The notes beneath the pieces are model-generated. The model did no database searches, was not told the DNA's origin, and saw nothing but the letters and a program-made list of their open reading frames with translations. Below are positions 53,820-64,000 of a stretch of 64,000 bases of DNA, in pieces. Numbering within the stretch: position 1 is the first letter of the stretch; every line of letters begins with the position of its first letter. Source of the stretch: Malacoraja senta (Eukaryota). The DNA is taken from contig CM075979.1 in assembly GCA_038087875.1 (NCBI GenBank), positions 8,866,001 through 8,930,000 on the forward strand. Direction: 5' to 3'. The position numbers and the translations under genes were made by a program.

Positions 53820-54330
53820 GTAGTTCAAAAAACAAGGGAGATAATCTCCATAAAACGCTGATTTGGCCACAGCTAGTGCATTGTGTCCATTCTAGTCACT
53901 GCATTAGAGTTTAACAAAAATTCAGTTAGAAGATCTTAAGATATGCAGACAGTCTGGAGAATTTGGGATTGTTCTTGCAACACAGAATTGAGAAATAATT
54001 TTGTACAAGTGTTAAATAGCATCAAATATTTAGACAATATAAATACAGGGAATCATCATTCATGGCAGAAGGGTTGAGAACTAGACACATATTTAAGATG
54101 ATTGGCAAAACACCCAGGGATGACAGGAGAACAAACTTTCAGTCAGGGATGTCACTTTCATTTCACTTCTTGAAGGGGTGGTGGACGTCAGTCACATTTA
54201 AAGGAGGAGTGAATTGGATTGACAAAGGGAAAACAATTGTACGGTTGCTAAAAGTAGCTAGGTCATGGAACTAAGAGTGAAGTGCTTGTGCAGATTGAAT
54301 GGGTTAAATGACATTATTTCATGCTGACAC
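53820..54330 (+). mobile_element. Old CR1 3' fragment
   Basis: Decayed similarity to the other CR1 3' ends. Confidence 0.55.
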
Positions 54331-56730
54331 AATTCAAAGAGTGCTTAAACAAGGTACTAAGTGCCTCTGATAGAAAATATTGTATTCCCTAGTAACATTT
54401 CTCACTTTGGAAAAATCTTTCATGGAAAAAAACCCCAGGTCAATTGATTAAAATTGTTGTTTTGTGTACAAATTGATGCTGGTAATCTGTATATAGACAC
54501 AAACCCTGTTTGTCGTTTTACAATTTCAGTTCTCATTATGTTTAGTTTAGTTATCAGTCTTTTTCTATATATTGTTCAGTTTCTATTAAAGCATGGCTCC
54601 TCCAGGTGCTCCAAAATCCTGTAAATTGTCAAGTCAAGTCAAGTGAGTTTATTGTCATGTGTCCCTGATAGGACAATGACATTCTTGCTTAGCTTCAGCA
54701 CACAGAACATAGTAGGCATTTACTACAAAACAGATCAGTTGTCCCTAAAGTGTAGGTGAGTGGTAGAATCTGGAGGGGTTCATGACAACGTGATAATAAA
54801 ATGGATTTGTATAATTATATTAGGTGTACAAAGGCTGGTATAGTCTTGTTAGGCTGAAGGGTTGCTTCCTAGCTGTATTATTCTTTGACCGAGACAGAAT
54901 CCTATACATGAGGGCATAAGAATAAATGGAAATATTGAAGGAGTTGTATTCTTAAAGAACATTTTTTAGCTAAGTTTACCTAAGAATGTTCGCAGTTCCT
55001 TTGTTGGGATTATGCATTGCATTACACAATGCAGACTTCATTTGATTGCATTAAAGTTGTTAGGTAGAGATATAATATGATTGGGATTAGGTATGGATTG
55101 CAGCATAAATCAGGGAAAAAGTTAATTGTACATCCCAGAAGATTTGCAAGATTAATGGGGTGCATTATGTTCTTTGATATGGAACCGTGTTCCACAATTT
55201 TCTGTTTGTTGTCAGATTGTTTGTCCAGATCCAATCCCATCCCGTCCCATCAATTCATTTTAGAGTCATAGAATCATACAACATGGAAACAGGGCCTGCG
55301 ATCCAACTTGATCATGCTGACCAAGTTGCCTACCTGAGTTACATTTAATTGCCTGCATTTGGCCCATAGTGCTCCAAACCTTCCCTATCCAAGTACCTGT
55401 CCTTGTGTCCTTTAAATGTTGTAATCTATAATTGTTTGTCACAAACTGTAACAAACTTTGTTCATTCATCACCAATTGCTTTCCCTTCTTGGTACCAACG
55501 GGTTGAATTGTGATGGAGGTCATAATGGACCTTGGATTGATTTTTCAACTCAATTTCCTCTCCATTTTAAACATTGTCTGTAACACTATCTGCATCTGGC
55601 CTTGCCTTAGCTTAGCTAGTGCTCAAAGTCTAGGTATTGGTTTCTTCTAAACAAATATTATAATTTTCACTTGGCTGAACTCTCACCTTCCATACTTGTT
55701 AAGTGTCATCTTTAGTTCTTGCATTCTAATGCACATCAAATTAATTCTTTACTCTGTACTCACTCACCAATTTTGTTTTTTAGTCCACCAAGTTATTAAT
55801 TTTACAATGTTTATCCTTGTGTTAAAGTGTTTCCATGGCCTTGCTCTACCCTACCACTGTAATTTCTTCCAGTTTTCTCAAGATCCCTGCAATCTTCAAA
55901 CTCTAGCATCTTAATGCGTGCCAAATCTAGGCACACATGCCTTAAGCTCTCCATTCCTCAGTTCTGGAATGCCATCTGTAAACCTCTTCACCTACCTCTG
56001 AGATTATTCTTGAAGACTCGACGAAAAATATAGCTCCTTGTATAATGAAGAATTTAGTATTTAATAAATGAGGAAGGAAATTGGCATATATATAAAAACA
56101 CATTCTTGAGAATGAATGCTAAATAGTATCATGATTAATAGTATCTGAAGAAAAGCATTCTTCAGTATTTCAGTGTAATATTTGTGCTACAAACATGATG
56201 TATTATAATCTAAATTACTCCCTCATGAACACTGAGTACAGAAAGAACATGCTAAGACAATAATGGCATCTGTACTTAGGAACTAACTTTATAAAATATT
56301 ATTCCTCTCGCAAATATCAACATGCACTTTAAAATTACAACATTTCATTTTCTTTTGAAATGTTATTTGTGTGAGCTAGCATAATTTTAAAAATAGTTGC
56401 AATATTAATATTCTGTTGCTTAATAGCAGATTTTCACAGGACTACAGATTCAGTGGTAATTTTCATTTTGTTTGGAAAATGATAACATTTCTTTCACCTT
56501 AGAATTTGTTTCAGGCAACATCATTTTTAGTTACTTGGGATAAGATTTGGCTGATATTATTAATGCAAGATGAAGGGGATGCATTACTGTTCCTGAAAAA
56601 TATGATACAATTATTAAATGTTGATCCCCATTTTGTAGATTAAGAATTTTTTATGGGCCAAACATTAAAAATAAGGAGCCAAATAAGTAAATGGACTTGG
56701 CCGACTGATCAGCTTGAATTTACTAAATAG

Positions 56731-56860
56731 CTGAAGAAGGGTTTCGGCCCGAAACGTTACCTATTTCCTTCGCTCCATAGATGCTGCTGCACCCGCTGAG
56801 TTTCTCCAGCATTTTTGTGTACCTTCGATTTTCCAGCATCTGCAGTTCCTTCTTTAACAC
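56731..56860 (+). mobile_element. Penelope-derived short element with hammerhead-like core
   Basis: CTGAAGA-A-GGGT-TTCG-GCCC-GAAA-CG-TT; AGCTGAA repeated at both ends. Confidence 0.8.
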
Positions 56861-57677
56861 AGCTGAATATGTTTGATGGACTGAATGGTCTCTTCCTGTT
56901 ACTGTTTACAGTCCTTCTATGTACGTTACCATGTTGGCTACCACTTGCTGCATTGTTATGTTATTATTCACAAATGCAAATATAGTAACATTCTACATTT
57001 CATGTTTTAAATAGAAAATAGATGCAGAAAATGCAGTTGTAGCGCCATACAAAATTAAACTTATTTGTACCATTATTTGATTTAGTCCAGAGCAGTTGAA
57101 CAATTGTAATGCGATAAGAAGGAATTCCAGTTTTTTGGAGAAAAGCTAAACAGACCAAACATTTTCCTGATAAAACTATTACTGTGCTGAATGCTTAGTT
57201 GAATATGATGGCATCATCAAGAATCCTTGATGCTATCAGAGAGCTACATTCATAACCTCTGCCGTTTGTCTGAGTAAATGTCAATGTGCTCAAGGAGAGA
57301 AGGATATAAAGCAGACTACCCTGCTCCAGAAAGGGAGCGGGTGGGGGAGAAAAGGGCAGCATATTTATGGCTTGAAGTTCCATAAGTTGTCATTAATTGA
57401 GATCAAAGCGCAGAGCATTTATTTTTTTACACCCATCAGTTCAAACAGCAGAGTAAATTAATGATTTAAATTTAAATGATTCTTGCGCAATTGAAATGCA
57501 AACAATTGAAGTAGAAGGATTAGGTATAAGCACCGTTAACTTACCACAGACTTTTTTTTTGTTTGGTTGTGCTGATTTGTTTAGATTTTTTCTTTTTATT
57601 CAAAAAAATAAAAGGAATGGCATTTTCAAAGTGGATAATATTCAAATGACCTATTGTACACTTTTGTCTGTATTCAG

Positions 57678-57806
57678 GAACTGGAGAAAGTAACAGCGGA
57701 CTTGATAAGATTGAAGGTCACTTCTCAGTACAATCTGGGCGAAGACAGCATCCATCTTACAACACAGCAACAACAGCTGCAAGAACTGAAGCAGAAACTA
57801 CAGATG
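57678..57806 (+). CDS. CCDC73: CCDC73 coding exon 9 (ELEKVTADLIRLKVTSQYNLGEDSIHLTTQQQQLQELKQKLQM)
   Basis: tattcag|GAA...ATG|gtttca; 129 nt; resembles [27 protein letters not shown]...LNM. Confidence 0.9.
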
Positions 57807-58743
57807 GTTTCATAATAAATTGAAAATTTAATCACTATGTACTCTTTAAATGGCACTAAGTAGATATAAGCGCAAATTATTTTGCAGTGTGTTTCCTCAG
57901 GATTCATTTAATATATATTTTGCTACTTCTAAATATAGAATGGGGATAATTTTGTCTGCGATTCTGGCAGGCAGGTGATGGCAAATAGGCATCTTAATTT
58001 ATTCTCTCTTGTAGTGTCAGAATCACTGTATTCTGAATAGAAATGATTTTTTCAATTCACCCTCATTATGATTTTTAATTTGAGAATTAAAATTATGTCT
58101 AATGCCATGAAAGCAAAATAATATATTATCAGCAACAAATTTAATAATGTTTCTTAAAAAAAAAAATCACCTCCATCTCCAAAAGGAGACCTTATTTACT
58201 GTGGCGCAGGATTTAGGAGCAGGGACTGATGTAGTAAAATAATGACTTTTTTTCTACCACCCTCACTACCCTTATCAAATCTTTTTTTTTATCAACGCAC
58301 TGTCACTGGTGTAGTAGATGCATACCAGTTTCCCATGCCGTCATTTGCCTCCATAAGACTGGCCAAGGGGAGCTCTGGAACCTTTGCAGTTGCTCTTGCA
58401 ATCATAAATTGAGGATATGTAGAAATGATACATGGTGAAAAGTTGGGCAAGGCCCATTTTTGGGTCCTATCTCCCTCCACACTTCCTCAAGGTACTATTG
58501 TCTCAATGAGTAGCGTTGCTGGTTTTAATATGCCTGCATATGCCTGCCACTCTCATGTCTGCCTGCATGGACTACATTTCTCAGATTAGCTCTAAGACTA
58601 GAAACTCTGAGATCTTATCTTGCAACTTTCTGATGCATTGCTTGTTAGACTGGTTCAGAATTATTTAAATAGTAATTTTAGGCTGACCTTGGTCAAACTG
58701 ATTGTGCAAGAATGTATTAACTTTTACATATGTTTTTGTATAG

Positions 58744-58803
58744 GAAATTGAATTAAACAAGAAGCTGTCTAAAGATACATCAGCTGTTCAAGAAGAAAAA
58801 CAG
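58744..58803 (+). CDS. CCDC73: CCDC73 coding exon 10 (EIELNKKLSKDTSAVQEEKQ)
   Basis: tttgtatag|GAA...CAG|gttggg; 60 nt; resembles [20 protein letters not shown]. Confidence 0.9.
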
Positions 58804-58899
58804 GTTGGGTTAAAACCATTTAGTAACTGAATTAATCTTATTTATGAGCTGAAATATTCGTAAAGGGTTACTGCAATTTTAGCATTTAATTTTTAAGCC

Positions 58900-59570
58900 T
58901 GAATTGCCACAAAGAGGACTGTTCAGCAGAGAAACAGGTCATTCGACACACATTGTCCATGCCCAACATACATCTCCTCTGACTGCATGTGTCCATACCC
59001 TACATTTCCTAGTGCCTTAAATGCCACTCTCATGTCTGCTTCCATCATCACCCCTGGCAGCGCATTTCCAGGAACCCATCACACTATGTGTGAAAAAAAA
59101 CTTGCTCCATACATTTCCTTTAAACTTTCCACCCCCCCCCCCCCCCCCTTTCTCAATCTTCAAGTCTTCAGGATTACCAACTTGGGAAAAAGGTTCTATC
59201 TACTCTCTCTATGCTCTCATAATGTTGGGTAGACATAATGTTATATATTTTTAGTTCGTCGCCCCTCAAATTCCAATGCTGCACGGAAACCAATCCGAGT
59301 TTGTCCAACCTCTTTATAGCTAATACCTTCTAATCCAGGCATCATTCTGATAAACCTCTTCTGCACCCTCTCACCCTCTCCAAAGCTTCCAAATCTTTCT
59401 AGTAATGGGGCAACCGGAACGGCATACAAAACTGCAAATAAAGCATAACATGACCTTGTACTCAATGACCTCGATCAATGAAGGCAAGCATGCCTTTCGC
59501 CTTATTTGCCACTCTATGTATTTACATTGCCACTTTCAGGGAGCTATGGACTGCTAACTTATTTGCAAAT
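58900..59570 (-). mobile_element. CR1 LINE 3' fragment
   Basis: ERVQKRFIRMMPGLEGISY on minus strand. Confidence 0.8.
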
Positions 59571-60578
59571 GTAGGTAGACTGATGGACAAACACAGTTGT
59601 ACTTTTTGTTTATCTACCAATACCATCAATAGCAAAAACTTGGCCATGCTTATTCATTCTTTATATTATTCTATTCTTTAATTCAGAGCATTCTTGACCA
59701 CAGCAATAAATAAAATAAATATACACTAACATTCTTCAGAGCCGTGTTACGGCTTTAAGGGTAACAATTGAATCAATATTGTTATGTGCAAGTATATGCC
59801 ATTTGAATGGGAGGGATGTTATAGTGCAGCTAATCAGGTAGCATTCGCTTGAGGTCTTCTTTGTATTTAATTCATTAAATAATTTAGTTGTACAATGATG
59901 TGTCACATGTTAGGAATACAGCACAGTTTTAAACAAATATTTCTGCGTATTCTATTCGTGGTTTCTGTTTATTCCTGACAATTTAGATAGTGCTGAAATG
60001 TTTTTCATGAATGTTCAATGTTAAATTTTACTAAGATTGGTTTAGTCTTGTGGGGGAAATATTGTGTGGAATTCTAAATAATGGTTATTTAGAATAACCA
60101 AGATTTCCATTAAACCTAAGTCAGTTATTCACAAATTAAGCTATCTAATCGGGAATTGTCTGGGATAATTTTGAGCATTTGATGTGCAAAAAGTTTAAAT
60201 GCAGTGACCTGCAGAATATTTCACAAATCCTGCTTTAACTGGCTGGGGCACAGAGTTCCTGTCAGATATTGTGATTGAAATGTGTGCTGAATCTTTTGAG
60301 CCAACAAAGGCGAGGGATGTGGCAAATATCCACAATATGGCATAAACCAACCCATACTGAATAGCTGGAGCCTGGCTCTGCTTTCCCCTGGTAACTGTAC
60401 CCCAACTAACTCCTACTAATAAATTAATTAATCATTTCCAGCAATTGGTCAAGTGATTATATTGTTAAATATAATTGATAATTTGATTAAATTTGATAAT
60501 TTGTTAAATTTACTGGGACAGAAAGATAGCTTAGTTTCCCATCTAAAGCTTGCTTAATGTTGCAAGGTTGAATTGAAT

Positions 60579-60721
60579 CATCTTCTTCTTGCATATGCCG
60601 TGCACAGCCTAACATTGTGGGACAACCTGTTCTATTTGATCTTATTTGATTGTGCATGCCGGGTTGATTGCATTCGTTGAAACAGGGCGGACCACGTGAA
60701 GGTTGCAATCTTCCACCCCAA
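60579..60721 (-). mobile_element. Ribozyme-headed SINE-like retroposon, family 2
   Basis: Direct repeat GTTGAATTGAAT at 60567-60578 and 60722-60733; (AAG)n tail on element strand; homologous copy at 23476-23838. Confidence 0.85.
60666..60719 (-). ncRNA. Minimal HDV-like (CPEB3-type) ribozyme, family 2, intact fold
   Basis: Minus strand GGGGUGG-AA-GAUUGCA-ACC-UUCACGU-GGU-CCGCCCU-G-UUUCAA-CGAA-UGCAAUC gives P1 7 bp with G1.U, P2 7 bp, P3 3 bp, L3 UUCACGU, J4/2 CGAA. Confidence 0.85.
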
Positions 60722-60816
60722 GTTGAATTGAATAATATCAAACAAAGCACAAGGAGTCCATTCAGCCCAACATGCCTATGACGTCTCTCAACAAAATATC
60801 CTGTCTTCCTTGCTCT

Positions 60817-60964
60817 TCTTATCGAGTCCACACACAAGATTAGAAGTTGTTCAGCCAGAGCTGAACACACTTCTCAGCATCTGTCTTGCTCTTCTTGTGC
60901 TTAGTTTTGCGTGGAAAGATTGGTGGAAACAGGGCCGCAACGTGAACGTTCTTTCCTTGACCCC
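60817..60964 (-). mobile_element. Ribozyme-headed SINE-like retroposon, family 1
   Basis: TSD TTCCTTGCTCT at 60806-60816 and 60965-60975; AAG tail; homologous copy at 8943-9123. Confidence 0.85.
60913..60964 (-). ncRNA. Minimal HDV-like ribozyme, family 1 (one P3 mismatch)
   Basis: GGGGUC-AA-GGAAAGA-ACG-UUCACGU-UGC-GGCCCU-G-UUUCCA-CCAA-UCUUUCC. Confidence 0.72.
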
Positions 60965-62803
60965 TTCCTTGCTCTGACCCATTGGTCTTGTATATTCCTT
61001 TTCACAAGTATATTTTGAATAATTCTTTAATGTTAATCAATGTATTATGTGCGTGAAATAAAAATTCTCAGCATTTCACCTCGGGCTATCATTTTCCAAA
61101 TAACCTGGACATTTTTTTTCCCAATCTGAATAAATGTTTTAACATTTTAAAATGTATCCTTTGGTATTGTGTTCTTAGAAGAATACTCGCAAATGATCTT
61201 CTCATAATTGAAGTCCTGTTTCCTAATTTTACTATGGTGAATCACTTTTACTATAGTAAATCACTTGCACTACTATAGTAAAATCTTTCTCCCCTTTCCT
61301 ACCTACTCTAAGTTCAGCTCTCTCGCCATTTTTTTGTTCATGACTGCTTCTGTTCCTGTTCGGTTTAAAGTTATATGGAAATCACTTTCCAGAGACTTGT
61401 GCTGCCAAAAAATGCACACAATATTCTACTGAGGCCTAATCAGTGATTTAGTCAATTTTAGGATTATTTGGTTTTGTGCTTTATTCTTCCATTTATTCAG
61501 CTTAATATCTCATTCCTTTTTCTAAAAGCTGGTTAACATATTGTGCTTCCTTCAAAGATATACATATGTGAAGCTCTGAATCTCACAATTACTCCCCCTT
61601 TTTACTACCAGTGAATGTTTAAGATTCTGCAGTATTCTTTAATGATGAGCACTAAATTCTACAAATCTTCTATCAATATTTATTCAAAAAACACTTTGAC
61701 TTATTCATCTCTTTCCTACTTGCTGTATGTGACATAGGTACCTTTGTCTTGTCTACATAATAGCTGTTTTATTCCGTTGTGAAATATTTTGCAATGTTTC
61801 TGTCAATACAGTTCTCGGTTAAATGAACAGTGAGGTTATTCTGAAAGCAATTAAGTTGTGGGCTTACTTATCAGCTGTAAGTTAAATTCATAGTCTTCAT
61901 TGTGTGAGCTGTCACCACAAGTGGGAGTCAGGTTGTACCAGGAAGAGAGCTGCCAGCAAGAATCGGGTCAGAAGTTGGGTTGGACTACTGAGTTAATAAT
62001 TGGCATTTGGCTGCATCTCTTGCCACCCCCATACGCTCTTTCTCCCCTTTCCTACCTACTTTAAAGTTCAGCTCTTTCGCCATTTTCTGTTCATGACTGC
62101 TATTCCTGTTCGGTTTAAAGTTGAATATTTTCGTTTATAGAATTGGCTTGTGTAATGTTTGGGGATGATTTCAGTGTTTATTTCTCTTCTGCATGGGGAA
62201 TAAATGTAATCAAGATTTAACAATTCTTTTGTGCACAGGTTAACATAACCTGCAAAATTATAGAAAATAAAACTAACCGGTTTCAATCAGTTTTGCTCAG
62301 TTTGTATACTCACATTTGCTTTTTTAGCTATTTGAATGAAATATTGTATTAACACTGTCTAATTCAGAGGTTATTTAGTTTTGTATTCATTTTATCCCTG
62401 ATTTAAAATTTCTTGGGTTTAAATTATATATTTCCCAAATACTCAGTATATGATGGAGCATTTTAAAATAGCTACATCATTGTCTAATTTTGAAATTAGA
62501 TCCTAAGACTTGAGAATCAAATGTCAGCTGGCTAATTATTAATTCAAGAATTTGCCTAAATGTTCGCAAATTATAAAATAATCCGAACCATACATTTTTA
62601 CTGTTCCCTTGGTATCTAAAACTTACAATAACATACCTAAAAGTGCATATTTGAACTATCAAGCTGCATACATACATTTTGATGAATATAAGAAACATGC
62701 TCAGCATAAGAAAACACGTGTTTGTTTGGTTCCAGAGGACATTCTGTGCTCTTCTTGTTACATTAAAAGTAAATGAACATTTAAAGTGATTTGTTTCCAT
62801 CAG

Positions 62804-62908
62804 GAAGTTTTGAAGTTGTTTCAACAAATTCAGCAGCTGCTACAGCGGCAGGAACTGGCTCTAGGGAGAGCTGAAAAGGAGCTGAAACATTTTGGGGAGA
62901 AGCATCAG
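62804..62908 (+). CDS. CCDC73: CCDC73 coding exon 11 (EVLKLFQQIQQLLQRQELALGRAEKELKHFGEKHQ); gene continues beyond window
   Basis: ttccatcag|GAA...CAG|gtcaga; 105 nt; resembles DIIISFQHMQQLLRQQ...ELKVLKENNQ. Confidence 0.9.
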
Positions 62909-63039
62909 GTCAGAATGTTTATAGTATACATTTTTATTGGTGTGTAATTTTCCAACGGTACTTTATGATTGATTAATTGTGCATGGATGTTGAGCACTGA
63001 AAATGGTAGAGAACCATTCTCTGTACCGTTCTCTGTTCA

Positions 63040-63450
63040 CTGAACAGAGAACGGTACAGCACAGGAGCAGGCCCTTCAGTCCACAATGTCTGTGTAGAAT
63101 GTGATGCCAAGGTAAACTAATCGCCTCTGCCTGCACATGATTCATGTTTCTCCATTCCCTGATTATCCATATGTCTATCTAAAAGCCTCTTAAATACCGC
63201 CCCTGGCCAGAGGTTCCAAACACCACCCCCCTGTGTAAAACAACAACTGTTCCGCTCATCTTTGCCCACTTCACATTAAAGGTATGCCCACTAGTCTTTG
63301 ACATTTCCACCCTGGGAAAAAGATTCTGATTGTCTATGCCTCTCATAATTTTATATTCTATCAGGTACCCCGTTAAACTACGGCATTCCAGAGAAAATAT
63401 TCCATGTCTATCAAACCTCTCCGTATGGCTAATACCTGCTAATCATCCCC
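63040..63450 (-). mobile_element. CR1 LINE 3' fragment
   Basis: Tail GGACTGAAGGGCCTGCTCCTGTGCTGTAC on minus strand plus decayed ORF2 end. Confidence 0.75.
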
Positions 63451-63634
63451 AAACATTCTCCTCCCTTCATAGAATAATCAAGGGCAGCGAGCATAATTCT
63501 GAGTCAAACCTATCTTCATCTAACTTCTCATCTGCATGATCATTCATTTCAGCCCATAATTTATTTCTTCCATTTTGTATTAATTTTAAATGGAGTCACT
63601 AACACAAAACTAAATTGTCCATACTATCTAGAGC

Positions 63635-63880
63635 GGGGCAGCGATGCAGCCGTAGAGTTGCTGCTTTACAGTACCAGACACCTGGGTTCTGGCTGTATGG
63701 AGTTTGTACGTTCTCCCTGTGACCACATGGGTTTTCTCTGAGTGCTCTGGTTTCTTCCCACATTCCAAAGACATGCAGGTTTGTAGGTTAATTGACTTCT
63801 GTAAATCCCTAGTGTACAGGGATCGCTGATCGACGCAAACCTGGTTGGCCGAAGGGCATGTTTCCACACTATCTCTAAAC
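63635..63880 (+). mobile_element. HE1-like SINE with internal deletions
   Basis: Homologous to 25285-25590. Confidence 0.8.
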
Positions 63881-64000
63881 GAAAACAAAAAGAAATCACT
63901 CCATAACTTTATCCAACTGTATGACTGTATTAAACCACAGGCGGTTGGGATTAGTGTACATAGGGCATGTTGGTCAGCGTGGGCATTTTGGTCCACAGGG

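Noticed and set aside
1-64000. CRISPR arrays, operons or other prokaryotic systems
   Set aside because: The sequence is a vertebrate intron-exon locus; no repeat-spacer arrays seen.

Overview
Vertebrate genomic DNA, AT-rich and dense in transposable elements. The repeat set (HE1-like SINEs, CR1, Penelope-like, Rex1/Babar, L2, L1/Tx1, hAT, Tc1, Harbinger) points to a cartilaginous fish, probably a skate or ray; this is inference. The + strand carries 11 coding exons (17934-62908, 321 codons, N-terminal coiled-coil half) of CCDC73, including one GC-AG intron, and the gene continues past the window. Most ORFs in the supplied track are TE remnants or noise. The main finding is two families of ~140-180 bp TSD-flanked short retroposons (four copies: 8943-9123 +, 23476-23838 -, 60579-60719 -, 60817-60964 -). 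They have no tRNA/Pol III head. Each begins with a minimal HDV-like ribozyme fold that lacks P4, carries the CPEB3-type L3 loop UUCACGU, and shows compensatory helix changes between families. A separate family of Penelope-derived short elements starts at a hammerhead-like core. All folds were assigned by eye and cleavage is untested.
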